Assembly: GCA_965207735.1 (NCBI GenBank)
Contig: OZ242296.1
Span: 3,296,001-3,360,000 of the forward strand
Direction: 5' to 3'
Source of the DNA: Candidatus Versatilivorator sp.
Lineage (GTDB): Bacteria > Acidobacteriota > Terriglobia > Versatilivoradales > Versatilivoraceae
DNA length: 64,000 nucleotides
Below the pieces are notes generated by a model. The model was not told where the DNA came from. It did no database searches and saw only the letters and a list, made by a program, of their open reading frames with translations. Below, piece after piece: positions 48,651 through 59,068 of this stretch. Every line of letters starts with the position of its first letter. Positions within the stretch are counted from its first letter, which is position 1. The position numbers and the translations under genes are program-made.

Positions 48651-51464
48651 TCAGTTGACAAAGTTGAACTCGTTGGAGGTCATCAGAATCCGGCAGAGGC
48701 TCTGCCAGGCGTCCAGGCGGGAGTCGCCGTCTTTCCCGGAACCCGCCGGATAGTTCCGCAAATAGGAGAGGGACTCCTCCACCTCCCGGGGCGTGGGCTG
48801 CCGGGTCAGCGTGATGAGATAGGCCCTGCGGACACGCCCGGAGTCCTCCCCCTCACCGGACGCCGTCAAATGCTTGGCCAGGGAGCGCGAGCGATCGGCC
48901 ACGTTCTCGCTGTTCATCATGTAGAGCGCCTGGGTGGCGACGTTGCTCTCGGTGCGCCTGGCCGAGCTCGAGGAGCTGTTGGCGAAGTCGAACAGCTTCA
49001 TCACGCCGGGAATCTTGTTGCGAATGACCGGAACGTAGAGGCTGCGCCGGCGGGTCTCGTTGGGATGAAAGGCCTGTTCCGGCCCCTTCTGGGCGTAGTC
49101 CATCTTCCGGGAAGCCAGCGTGCCGCCCAGAGTCAGATCCAGCGAACCGTCCAGCGCCAGGAAGGAATCCCGCATTTCTTCCACCGAGAGCCGGCGGCGT
49201 CTCGCTCGGGACCATAGCCGATTGTCCAGGTCCGACTCCCTTGTCCCGGGAGAAGCCTGGCTGCTCTGCTGGTAGGTGTTGGACAGCAGCAGCAACCGGT
49301 GCATGGCCTTGATGGACCATCCGCTCTCAACCAATCGCCGCGCCAGGTAATCCATCAGCCGCGGATGGGTGGGTTTTTCCCCGGTGGTGCCGAAGTTGTT
49401 GGGAGTGCGCACCAGGCCCTCGCCGAAGTGCCACTGCCAGATGCGGTTGACCATCACCCGGCTGGTCAGGGGATGGTCCGCTTGGGTCAGCCACTCGGCC
49501 AGCTCCCTGCGCCCGCTGCCCCGGGTGATCGGCGCCTGCCGGCTTCCGGCCAGCACCACCGGGAACTGCTTGGCCACCGGCTCACCCGGAGTCTGGTAGC
49601 TGCCGCGGACGAACACCTTCTGATCGACGGGTTCCCCCTCGGCCACGGCGGACGCCAGGGGCGGCTCCGGAGGCGAGGACTCCTCCAGAAGCTCGACTTC
49701 CTTTCTCAATTCGGCGATGCGGCCTTGGGCCGCCTTGGGCAGCAGCTTTTCCCGGTCCTCTTCCTGAATCCCGAAGGGACCGCTATCTGCCTTGGTTCCC
49801 TCGGCCTTGGGAGGAGGACTGGTCACCGAGTTGAAGAAGCGCCCCTCCACGGTGATGAACCCATCCTCGAAGGCCGGTTTCTTGGAGGGGGCCTTGCCCT
49901 CCCCGACGGCCAATTCCACCTTCTGCTTCCACTGCCGCAGCCGCTGGTGCCACTCCCCGGACAACCTGTCGAAGAGATCCTGGTATTCCTCCGCAACCCG
50001 GTCAAGCTCGGAGGTCTCGGCCCGGTGCCATTTCTCCAGGTAGGGGCGAAAGGCGTTGCCGGGGCGGAGGTAGTCGATCCAGCGCTGCAGCAGTTTCGGG
50101 TCCAGATCCTCCGCTTCCGCGACCTGCTTCAGGGACTCGCCCTGCCGGTAAACACGCCGGGCCGCCAGCATGTATTCGGCCAGAAGGGGGTAGAGCTTTT
50201 CTTCGAGATTTCCGGCGACCCCTGTCAGGACCAGGGCCTCGATCAGTGACTCCCGCCCCTTGATCTTGTCCTGGTGCCGCCGGAAACTCTGGTGGACCTC
50301 CTTGGGAACCAGCGGCTCGAAGTAGAACTTGGACACGAAGGGCGGCTTCTTGTCGGACGGCTTGAGGACGCTGAAGCTGCGGGTGCTGGCGAAGATGGAA
50401 GCCAGCGAGTAGTAGTCTTTGGTCGAAATCGGGTCGAACTTGTGGTCGTGGCAGCGAGCGCAGGCGATGGTCAGCCCCAGGAAGGTCTTGGAGAGGGTAT
50501 CGATCTGCTCGTCCACCAGGTCGTAGACCATCTTGGTCTTGTCCTGCTGGGCGATGGCGCGGGGTCCGATCGCCAGAAACCCGGTCCCCAGAATGGCTCG
50601 AACGTTGGGATGCCCCGGCCGGCTGGAGGGATAGAGATCGCCGGCGATCTGATCCTTTACGAAGCGATCGTAGGGAAGGTCTCGATTGAAGCTGTCGACG
50701 ACATAGTCCCGGTAGCGCCAGGCATAGGGCATGGTGATGTCTTCATCCAGGCCGCTGGAATCGGCGTAGCGGGCGATATCGAGCCAGTGCCGCCCCCAGC
50801 GTTCTCCGTAGCGTGGCGAGGCCAGCAGGCGGTCCACCAGCCGGGCGAAGGCGCCGGGAGCCCTGTCTCCCAGAAACTGCCCGATTTCCTCCTCGGTGGG
50901 GGGCAGTCCGTGCAAGTCGAACTTGGCCCGCCGCAGCAGCGTCAGCTTCTCGGCGCGGGGCGCCGGGTCCAGACCCTTTTCCTCCAGCTTGCTCAGCACG
51001 AAGGCATCCACCGGAGTGCGAACCCAGCCCGGATTGCGCACGCCGGGCGCCTTGGGGTCGGCTAAAGCCTGAAACGACCACCAGGTGGAAATACCGTTTG
51101 AGCCATGAGAGTCTTCTTCCCAGGGAGCACCCGCCTGGATCCATTCTCTCAGGACCTCCACTTCCTCGGGCGAGAGAGCGCCGCCCACCGGCATTTTCAG
51201 CTCTCCTGTCTGGAGGACGGCCTGGTAAAGCAGGCTCTCTTCCGGGTGCCCGGGCACAATGGCGGGACCGCTGTCGCCGCCCTTGAGCAGAGACTCCCGT
51301 TGGCGGAGATCCAGGCCCGAGATGCGCGTCTCCCCGTGACAGGAGAGGCAATGCTGCTGCAGGACGGCCCGGGCTTTTTCAGCCGGCGGGGCACCGGCTG
51401 CCAGTCCCTGGGCCGGGCCGGCGGACAACATGAAGACAAGGATGGGAAGGGCTCTCGGACTCAA
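48651..51464 (-). CDS. Planctomycete cytochrome c + DUF1549/DUF1553 (PSD1) protein
   Basis: CLSCH; YGERWGRHWLD; CARCHDHKFDP; HPLTSRVMVNRIWQWHFG. Confidence 0.95.
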   Translation of the reverse strand: MSPRALPILVFMLSAGPAQGLAAGAPPAEKARAVLQQHCLSCHGETRISGLDLRQRESLLKGGDSGPAIVPGHPEESLLYQAVLQTGELKMPVGGALSPEEVEVLREWIQAGAPWEEDSHGSNGISTWWSFQALADPKAPGVRNPGWVRTPVDAFVLSKLEEKGLDPAPRAEKLTLLRRAKFDLHGLPPTEEEIGQFLGDRAPGAFARLVDRLLASPRYGERWGRHWLDIARYADSSGLDEDITMPYAWRYRDYVVDSFNRDLPYDRFVKDQIAGDLYPSSRPGHPNVRAILGTGFLAIGPRAIAQQDKTKMVYDLVDEQIDTLSKTFLGLTIACARCHDHKFDPISTKDYYSLASIFASTRSFSVLKPSDKKPPFVSKFYFEPLVPKEVHQSFRRHQDKIKGRESLIEALVLTGVAGNLEEKLYPLLAEYMLAARRVYRQGESLKQVAEAEDLDPKLLQRWIDYLRPGNAFRPYLEKWHRAETSELDRVAEEYQDLFDRLSGEWHQRLRQWKQKVELAVGEGKAPSKKPAFEDGFITVEGRFFNSVTSPPPKAEGTKADSGPFGIQEEDREKLLPKAAQGRIAELRKEVELLEESSPPEPPLASAVAEGEPVDQKVFVRGSYQTPGEPVAKQFPVVLAGSRQAPITRGSGRRELAEWLTQADHPLTSRVMVNRIWQWHFGEGLVRTPNNFGTTGEKPTHPRLMDYLARRLVESGWSIKAMHRLLLLSNTYQQSSQASPGTRESDLDNRLWSRARRRRLSVEEMRDSFLALDGSLDLTLGGTLASRKMDYAQKGPEQAFHPNETRRRSLYVPVIRNKIPGVMKLFDFANSSSSSARRTESNVATQALYMMNSENVADRSRSLAKHLTASGEGEDSGRVRRAYLITLTRQPTPREVEESLSYLRNYPAGSGKDGDSRLDAWQSLCRILMTSNEFNFVN

Positions 51465-51569
51465 ACCAGTTCCCGGTTTTTCGGTTGGACTCGGGCTTAT
51501 TTGCCCCTAGTATAGAAATTCATTCTAGCATAAGGGCAGGAAGCGGCTGACAGTGTTCCAATCCACCAG

Positions 51570-51872
51570 GTGAATTCTCCGGTGACCACCAACCAAGAGT
51601 CCGAACCCCAGCGCTGGGTGATGGTTTTCGAGACCACCGACGTCTCTCTTCTGATGGTGGTCAAGTCGGTGCTGGATGACGCCGACATCGACTACACGGT
51701 GCAGGGCGAGGAAGCTTCGACCCTCTTGCCGCTGGGACCCTTCGGGGCGGGCCTCAGCCGCCACGGCTTCGGAGCCAGAATCCACGTCCCCGAGGACCAG
51801 GCTGCGGATGCCGAGGAAGTGCTGGCCGTGCTGGACGACGAGACGGCAGAAGATTCCGGCGCAGACGATTAA
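51570..51872 (+). CDS. DUF2007-like protein
   Basis: VKSVLDDADI..VQGE...RIHVPEDQAADAEEVL. Confidence 0.8.
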   Translation: MNSPVTTNQESEPQRWVMVFETTDVSLLMVVKSVLDDADIDYTVQGEEASTLLPLGPFGAGLSRHGFGARIHVPEDQAADAEEVLAVLDDETAEDSGADD

Positions 51873-52012
51873 TCGGCAGGCTGTTTCGCACCGGCATCGG
51901 GGGTGCCGGAACCGCTCGCGGTTCTCGGGGCAGATCCGTATTAGCGGGTTCCGGACGGCGGCGGCTCCGGCAGCAGCTTCCACCACCACACAGGAACCGA
52001 GGAGGTGCTCTT

Positions 52013-53116
52013 TTGATCGATTGGACCCAAATTGGCGAGTACGCGACTCGCTATACGGGTGTAAGCCTCAAGATTGCCGGCCTGCTTCTGATGGCCTGGA
52101 TCGCCTCTCGCGTGATCCATCGCTATGTGCCCAGGGTGAGGATGCGGTTGGTCAAGGTCATGCAATCCCGCCGGCACGAACCGGACATCGAGCTGGAAAA
52201 ACGGGCGGCCACGCTGGGGGGCATTTTCCGCAAGACGGTGGTGGTGCTGATCTGGGTGGTGGTCTTCATGATGGCCCTGGAGGAAGCCGGCTTCAACGTG
52301 GGGCCGCTGCTGGCCGGCGCCGGCGTGGCTGGGCTGGCCGTAGGCTTCGGTGCCCAGAACCTGGTGCGGGACGTGATCTCGGGGCTCTTCATGCTGCTCG
52401 AGAACCAAGTCCGGGTCAACGACGTGGCCATCATCAACGGCACCGGGGGGTTGGTGGAGCAGATCAACCTGAGGACCACCGTGCTGCGAAGCCTGGACGG
52501 CACCGTCCACATCTTTCCCAACGGCACCATCAACACCCTGTCCAACATGACCCAGGAATATTCCTACTATGTCTTCAACATCGGGGTGGCCTACAAGGAG
52601 GATACCGACCACGTCTCGGCGGTGGTCAAGGAGTTGGCCGACGAAATGATGCAGGAGGAGACCTATCGATCGTTCATTCTGTCCCCACTGGAGGTGATGG
52701 GGGTGGATGAGTTCGCCGATTCCGCCGTCATGATCAAAGCCCGCATCAAGACCGCACCCATCAAGCAGTGGAGGGTCGGCCGGGAGATGAATCGCCGCAT
52801 CAAGAAGAAGTTCGACGAGTTGGGCATCGAGATTCCCTTCCCCCACCGCTCCCTCTACTTCGGCGAGGCCAGCAAGGCCTTCGCCACCCGCTCGGCCGGC
52901 GCCGATTCTCACGAGATCAAGGCCATGATCCGCGAAGTCATGGAGGAAAAGGGCTTGGCCGCCGGAAAGGTGGAGCTTCCAGCTTCGGCAAAGGTGAGTC
53001 CTGCCGCCCCAAAGCCCGCGGCGCGCCCCCAGCCGGCCAAGCCCTCCGCCGATCGGCGCCCCCGCCAGCCGGCCCCCCTGGGAGAAAGCACCGCCGACTC
53101 GGAGAGTTTCGAATGA
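52013..53116 (+). CDS. MscS-family mechanosensitive channel
   Basis: LLAGAGVAGLAVGFGAQNLVRD, GLVEQINLRTT, FPNG and GIEIPFP motifs. Confidence 0.95.
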   Translation: MIDWTQIGEYATRYTGVSLKIAGLLLMAWIASRVIHRYVPRVRMRLVKVMQSRRHEPDIELEKRAATLGGIFRKTVVVLIWVVVFMMALEEAGFNVGPLLAGAGVAGLAVGFGAQNLVRDVISGLFMLLENQVRVNDVAIINGTGGLVEQINLRTTVLRSLDGTVHIFPNGTINTLSNMTQEYSYYVFNIGVAYKEDTDHVSAVVKELADEMMQEETYRSFILSPLEVMGVDEFADSAVMIKARIKTAPIKQWRVGREMNRRIKKKFDELGIEIPFPHRSLYFGEASKAFATRSAGADSHEIKAMIREVMEEKGLAAGKVELPASAKVSPAAPKPAARPQPAKPSADRRPRQPAPLGESTADSESFE

Positions 53117-53242
53117 TCGACGGCCAGTCCGCCAGTATTGCTCAATGGAAGGGGACTTGGGGTTGGAGGCGACCGATGACGTACCTGTTCCTGAGTGACC
53201 AGAGCGGTAACGCAGAACCCTCCCCGAGCGGTGGCGAAGACC

Positions 53243-54262
53243 TCAGGGCGACGAATCCGCTTCGCCGCCGGGGCTGCCGCCGCGCAGAGGCGGAGCAAAG
53301 TGTTTCCGGTTATTCAACAACGTCCCCTTTCTCTCTTGGGATTGTGCTGAACATTCCTTTTCGTCTTTTCTTATGCAGCCCCGGTGGAAGATGTTCCCAT
53401 CCTCGTCCACAGCGGCGAATCGCACTTCTTTCTCACTGACCTCGAAGTGCAGGAAGTGATAGGTTACTTTTCCAAACTCGACCTCGGGGTGATTCTTCTT
53501 GATACCCTTTCGTATCTTGCCGGCGCCGCCGGACACGAAGTAGTGAATTCCACCCTTCTGTTTTCTTATCTTTTGATAGAAGTGGTCATGCCCTGAAAGA
53601 ACGATGTCTATACCTCCGTCTATGAAACTTTGCTCCCAGATTTTCCGCAATTTCATGTTTGACCCGTGTCCCCAACGGCCAATCAACCATCCGAGCCGGG
53701 ACTTGGAATAGACAAATGAGTAAATCGGATGGTGGAAGAACACAAAGTTCCAATGGTAGTCCGGCGATTTCGAAAGCCATTTGTCAAGGGACTTCTCCCG
53801 CCTGGACAAATCCTCCTTTTCCTTCCAGGCGCCGGAGTTCAAACAGATGAAGCGTGCCAGTCGCTTTCCACCAATTTGGGGACCCTCATGAAACTCATAC
53901 TCGTCCTGTTTCCCCACGTAGCCGAATGCATCATCCTCAACTTGTGACTGACCCCGGGCCGTCCTCCGATCGTGGTTGCCGAGGGTCGCATGAAATGGGA
54001 CGTTGAGTTTTTCGTAGATGTTTTTGAACTTCTTGTCGAAATCCTTCGGGTCTCCACCCTCGTAAATGTTGTCACCCAACATGAGAATGAACTTCCAGGA
54101 ATGGTTCTGGTGGAAGGCCAGCATCTGACCGGCGATCAGCTTTTGGTGGCTGCCGCCCGTACCGCTGTCGCCAATCACGGCGAATGTAAATGTCTTCTCA
54201 CTGAGGACCGAAGCGGGTGCTCCCAGCAGCAGAGCAAGGAAGAGAATCAGTCGAGCTCGCAT
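53243..54262 (-). CDS. Secreted calcineurin-like metallophosphoesterase
   Basis: GDSG, LGDNIY, LGNHD, HHP and SGHDH motifs; GGAGG RBS; noticeably lower GC than neighbours. Confidence 0.92.
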   Translation of the reverse strand: MRARLILFLALLLGAPASVLSEKTFTFAVIGDSGTGGSHQKLIAGQMLAFHQNHSWKFILMLGDNIYEGGDPKDFDKKFKNIYEKLNVPFHATLGNHDRRTARGQSQVEDDAFGYVGKQDEYEFHEGPQIGGKRLARFICLNSGAWKEKEDLSRREKSLDKWLSKSPDYHWNFVFFHHPIYSFVYSKSRLGWLIGRWGHGSNMKLRKIWEQSFIDGGIDIVLSGHDHFYQKIRKQKGGIHYFVSGGAGKIRKGIKKNHPEVEFGKVTYHFLHFEVSEKEVRFAAVDEDGNIFHRGCIRKDEKECSAQSQERKGTLLNNRKHFAPPLRGGSPGGEADSSP

Positions 54263-54348
54263 ACAAACACCTCCCGGGAGTCTGCGCCGCGGAATCCTGC
54301 CGAGGCCTTCAAGTGGACCATGGCCCCTATAATGGATGAGTAATCCAC

Positions 54349-55551
54349 ATGTCAACCTTACAGAACGTCCTGAAGCAAAAGGTGAGGGAGGGTGAGCTCT
54401 GGGAGCGGCTGGATGAGAAACGCATCCGCTGCTATGCCTGCGGCCACTGTTGCCCCATTCCCGAGGGCCGCCCGGGTGTCTGCCGGGTTCGCTTCAACCG
54501 GGGTGGCAAGTTGATGGTTCCCTGGGGATACACCGGAGGGGTGCAGTGCGACCCCATCGAAAAGAAGCCCTTCTTTCACGCCTACCCCGGGGCGCTGGCC
54601 TACAGCTTCGGCATGCTGGGGTGCGACCTGCACTGCGCCTACTGTCAGAACTGGGTGACCTCTCAGGCCCTGAGGGACCCGGCGGCAGTGGCGCCGGCTC
54701 GCAGAGCCACGCCCCAGACCCTGGCCCGGGCGGCCGTGAGGCAGCGGGCTCGGGTGATCGTGAGCACCTACAACGAGCCGCTGATCACCAGCGAATGGGC
54801 GGTGGCGGTGTTCCGGGAGGCCCGCAGGGAGGGCCTGACCACCGGGTTCGTTTCCAACGGCAACGGAACTCCGGAGGTGCTGGACTACCTGAGACCGTGG
54901 GTGGACCTCTACAAGGTGGATCTGAAGAGCTTTCGCGACCGCCAGTACCGCAGACTGGGGGGGCGGCTGCAGCCGATCCTGGAGACCGTCGCCAGCCTCT
55001 ACCGACAGGGATTCTGGCTGGAGATCGTGACCCTGCTGATTCCCGGCTTCAACGATTCAGAGGATGAAGTCCGGCAGCTGGCGGCCTTCCTGGCGGGCGT
55101 GTCTCCGGATATTCCCTGGCATGTGACCGCCTTTCACCAGGACTACAAGATGACGGATCCCGACAATACCAGCGCCGAGATGCTGGTGGCGGCGGCCGAG
55201 ATCGGCCGGCAGGAGGGATTGCGTTACGTCTATGCCGGCAACCGCCCCGGCCGGGTGGGGGATCTGGAGAATACTCGCTGCCCCGATTGCCGCACCCTGC
55301 TGATCGAGCGGTTCGGCTACCTGATCCTGGGGTACCACCTGACGCCGCAGGGGGAATGTCCAAGCTGCGGTCTGGCCATTCCCGGGCGTTGGGCTCAATC
55401 CTTCCAAGACCAAGTGGCCGCCCACCCCTTTCTCCCCCGACTGGGGATCAACCCGCGCCGTGTCTTGCCAGAATCAAACGAAAAAAGACAAAGAAAAAAG
55501 AGTGATCCACGAAGAGACACGAAGAACGACGAAGGGCCACTAAGGCTCTGA
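54349..55551 (+). CDS. amrS: AmmeMemoRadiSam system radical SAM enzyme
   Basis: CxxCxxxC N-terminus; DPIEKKPFFH; GCDLHCAYCQNW; TYNEP; GLRYVYAGN; terminal Cys pairs. Confidence 0.93.
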   Translation: MSTLQNVLKQKVREGELWERLDEKRIRCYACGHCCPIPEGRPGVCRVRFNRGGKLMVPWGYTGGVQCDPIEKKPFFHAYPGALAYSFGMLGCDLHCAYCQNWVTSQALRDPAAVAPARRATPQTLARAAVRQRARVIVSTYNEPLITSEWAVAVFREARREGLTTGFVSNGNGTPEVLDYLRPWVDLYKVDLKSFRDRQYRRLGGRLQPILETVASLYRQGFWLEIVTLLIPGFNDSEDEVRQLAAFLAGVSPDIPWHVTAFHQDYKMTDPDNTSAEMLVAAAEIGRQEGLRYVYAGNRPGRVGDLENTRCPDCRTLLIERFGYLILGYHLTPQGECPSCGLAIPGRWAQSFQDQVAAHPFLPRLGINPRRVLPESNEKRQRKKSDPRRDTKNDEGPLRL

Positions 55552-55768
55552 GGTTAACCGTGACGGGACACCACGCTCGCGAAGGAATGGTCGATTTCTG
55601 ATTGTTTCACTCTCGTATGATCCACACACCAGGGCGGGGGCCGGACTTACCTGAGAATATGCTGCTTTAGCCGGCTTCCTCGAGAGCGGCGAAGCCGCGG
55701 CAGCACTTGGCCGTGGGCGTCAGCCCATGGGAAACATCGCCTATGGGTGTCGAGCCGCGTAGGCGGCG
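55487..55768 (+). repeat. Dispersed ~280-bp repeat, copy B (uninterrupted)
   Basis: Matches 9333-9390 plus 11326-11548, with a single ACTAAG. Confidence 0.88.
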
Positions 55769-56141
55769 ACTACATCAGAAAACTTGTACATGCTCATTAT
55801 AATAGGCTTACTGTGGTATCGCCTGTTGTAATCCCCTCATTATATCCCTCTAATTGAACAGGAATCCACTGGACTATTCAGGACGTTGGTGGACAGGTCT
55901 TACGATGTTGCAACCGCCGATACTCCGCGTCCGAGACCGTCGAGCGGGGTGGTAGGTGCCCCTGGGTGCGGATCGGAGATATCGGGTTGTGAGCATCCTC
56001 CAGCCGTGCCCCTCTCGGCCTCTGGCCATCTGTGGTCTACTGTTCTTCGAGAGCCTCATCAGTGAGGACGCGCAGCCAGGAGCTGACGTTGAGGTGCCGC
56101 TGGAGGCCGAGGCGCTGGAGGCCTTCCCGCAAGTGATCACT

Positions 56142-56250
56142 GTGGAGGGAGCGACCCTGAAAACGAGGGGCGGAGAGGTGTCCGGAGGCCTGGCCACCTT
56201 TCGACCCGCTCGTGGCGCACCAGCGCCAAAAATAGGGTCGCTCCCTCCAC
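56142..56250. repeat. 109-bp unit bounded by perfect 17-bp inverted repeats
   Basis: GTGGAGGGAGCGACCCT (56142-56158) and AGGGTCGCTCCCTCCAC (56234-56250). Confidence 0.75.
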
Positions 56251-57077
56251 TTCCTCCCCTCCCGTGTGGCGCCACGACCCGGCGTGCGAGGGGGTGGACA
56301 CGCGATGCCGGCGCCTCACGGGGCTATACCCCACAGGATTTGGGCAATCCGTGCCAACCCGCGTCCAGTGCGGGTGTCCGGGCACAGCCTGGACCACGAC
56401 GGCGAGGGCTTCGCCCTCTGAGAGTGGAGCGTTGGGGTTGTTGAAGGGACGCGCCACCTCATGCGCCACCTCCGTGCGCCACCCCCCCTTTGTAAGGTAG
56501 TCACCCATACGACGCCACGTCCTTGACCCCCGAAGGCGGAAATCGTCGATCATGTCGCGGCCGTTGGAGGCCGGGTTTTCCTGCTCCCCTAGGACGATCT
56601 TCTCCATGACGACATCGAGGCTGGCGTGGCGTTCGACGGTGTCCTCCTGCACCCTGAATCCGCGAGCTTTGCCGGGCAGGCTGGACTTTCTCACTCCCTG
56701 GCATAGCAGAGCACCCCGAAACGCCTCCTGGACCGATTTCCCTCTCAGGGACCGCAGGTCCCGCCGCCTGTGGGGAATCCGGAATGGTCGGCTCGCTCAG
56801 CGCTGCCGTGGTCCCAGCCTGGTCGTCGAATCGTCCCGGTACGGCCACGAAGAGCCAGGGAAATCTGTTTTTTTCGGGCGGCATAAGGGATATGGCTAGT
56901 CCGGGCGGATGGCCAAAATGGGGGTAAAATCCCTCAAATCGGCCGTCTCGTTGTTAAAGATGGGCTAGCAAGGTTGGAGGGGGAATTCCAGGGAAGTGCC
57001 TGAAAAGTCTCGCAGCCCGCGTTTCGCGAGTCGTGCACGAGAACGACATCCTGAGTCTGGCCTAGCAGCTCGGCGCT

Positions 57078-58985
57078 TCAGTCTGCCGCGATCAGGTCAT
57101 ATTTCTTCAGCTTCCGATACAGGGTTGCGCGACCGAGACCCAGGGCTCGAGCCGCCTTGGTAACGTTGTTGGCCGAGACTTCCATCGCGTGGGTCAGCGC
57201 CTGCCTCTCGACTTCCGCCAGCGTGAGGACTGCCGTCGGCGCCGTGGGATCTCTTCGGATAGCTACAATCGGCGAGAGTTGCGGCGGGAGGTTGTTTACT
57301 TGCAGCACGTCCGACGTCTCCAGCAAAACGCCGCGCTCGATGGCGTTCTCCAGTTCACGAACGTTTCCGGGCCAATCGTACTGCAGCAACAATCGCAAGG
57401 CGGCGGTGGATATGCCGTTGGTGGTTTTACCGATGCGTCCGGTGTGTTTTTTCAGAAAATGTTTCGCCAGCAGGGGAATATCTTCACGACGTTCCCGGAG
57501 AGGCGGAATCACGATGGGGAAGACGGCAACACGATAGAACAGGTCCTCGCGGAAGGCGCCCTCCTTGACCGCAACCTCCAGATTCTTGTTGGAGGCTGCA
57601 ATCAGCCGGACGTCGACGGGGACGGTGGTGGTCCCACCCACCCGCTGGATCTCGCGCTCTTGCAGGACCCGCAACAGCTTGGCTTGCAGAGTCAGGGGCA
57701 TGTCGCCTATCTCGTCGAGAAAGACGGTTCCTCCCTTGGCTCGCTCGAATATGCCGATTCTTTGCTTCGTCGCCCCCGTGAAAGCTCCCAATTCGTGTCC
57801 AAACAGTTCGCTTTCAATGAGCGCCTCGGGAATAGCGGCGCAGTTGATGGCCAGAAACGGCGCCTTTTTTCTCAGGCTGTTGAAGTGAAAAGACTTTGCG
57901 ACCAGTTCCTTGCCGGTTCCGCTCTCGCCGCGAATGAGCACCGTAACATCGCTTTCGGCAGCCTGTTTCACCAGTGCGTACACTCGCTGCATCGGGGTGC
58001 TGGCGCCTACCATGCCGGAAAAGGAGTAGGTCGTCTCCAGTTCGGTGCGCAAGCGGAGCACTTCGGCCTTCATGCGCTCGACTTCGATCTCTTTGGACAC
58101 ATCGCGGTACACGTAAAGATCGCCGATGAGGTCTCCTTGACTATCATGCACCGGGGCGGTGGACCGATAGAACAGCCGCCGCCTGGGCACTCGACCCGAG
58201 GTGGCCGTTTCAATCACCTTCCCCTCCCGCTCGAAGAGGAATCCTCCCTCAACTTCGGGTAGATCAGGTTCTTGGAACCTCTCCTTGAATTTCTTCGCGA
58301 AGCCTTTCGGCGACATCCGCTTCAGTTCGCTTTTCGCCATGTCGATCACTTTCTCGTACCCGCGATTGGCAAACACCAGATTCCCGGTGTTGTCATACAT
58401 GGCCATAGCGTCACCGGTAGCATCCAGCACGGCTTCCAACCTTTGATGACTGATGGTCAGTTGCCGCCGTTTTTCCGCCAACTCCTGTTCGACGTTCCAC
58501 TTCCCGACCAGAGCAAGCGTAATCTGTTGAATTTCTTCGCGCGCGAAAGGCTTTCGGATGTAGAGCACTTTGTGAAGCAATTCCATGTCGTGAATAATCT
58601 CGGGCAGGGACCTGTCCGTATAGGCGGTCATGATGACAACCTCGATGTCACGATCGATCATTCTCACCTGACGGATTGTTTCAATCCCGTCGATACCCGG
58701 AGGCATTCTGATGTCCACAAAGGCGACGGCAATGGGACGGTCGGACTCCCTTCCGTTCTTGATGAGGTCGTAGCCTTCCTCTCCGCTGGTCGCGTGCAGG
58801 AGCTCGAACTCCGGCAGAAATACCTCTTTCCCCCGGGCTGTGAATGCTTCCGCCAGCTCATCCGTGGCCGCCTTCATAAGGCTGGGCTTCAACATTTCCA
58901 CAAAGTCGGCGTGGATTTCTTTCTGGTCATCCACGATCAGCACTCTACGGTTCGGGTGATCTCTGAATTCCATCAACTTCCTCAT
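57078..58985 (-). CDS. Sigma54-dependent response regulator (REC-PAS-AAA+-Fis HTH)
   Basis: [40 protein letters not shown] and RATLYRK motifs. Confidence 0.96.
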   Translation of the reverse strand: MRKLMEFRDHPNRRVLIVDDQKEIHADFVEMLKPSLMKAATDELAEAFTARGKEVFLPEFELLHATSGEEGYDLIKNGRESDRPIAVAFVDIRMPPGIDGIETIRQVRMIDRDIEVVIMTAYTDRSLPEIIHDMELLHKVLYIRKPFAREEIQQITLALVGKWNVEQELAEKRRQLTISHQRLEAVLDATGDAMAMYDNTGNLVFANRGYEKVIDMAKSELKRMSPKGFAKKFKERFQEPDLPEVEGGFLFEREGKVIETATSGRVPRRRLFYRSTAPVHDSQGDLIGDLYVYRDVSKEIEVERMKAEVLRLRTELETTYSFSGMVGASTPMQRVYALVKQAAESDVTVLIRGESGTGKELVAKSFHFNSLRKKAPFLAINCAAIPEALIESELFGHELGAFTGATKQRIGIFERAKGGTVFLDEIGDMPLTLQAKLLRVLQEREIQRVGGTTTVPVDVRLIAASNKNLEVAVKEGAFREDLFYRVAVFPIVIPPLRERREDIPLLAKHFLKKHTGRIGKTTNGISTAALRLLLQYDWPGNVRELENAIERGVLLETSDVLQVNNLPPQLSPIVAIRRDPTAPTAVLTLAEVERQALTHAMEVSANNVTKAARALGLGRATLYRKLKKYDLIAAD

Positions 58986-59068
58986 GTATGTTGCCTTTGG
59001 TAATGAACGGAAATGCCTGGCTGTAAGGGTTCGCGCCCGGGAAAACCGACTGGGAACAGACTTGGGAC

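Noticed and set aside
56896-56968. CTAG-bounded 65-bp piece ending ...AAGATGGG-CTAG, a possible IS end
   Set aside because: No matching inverted repeat or second copy in the window.
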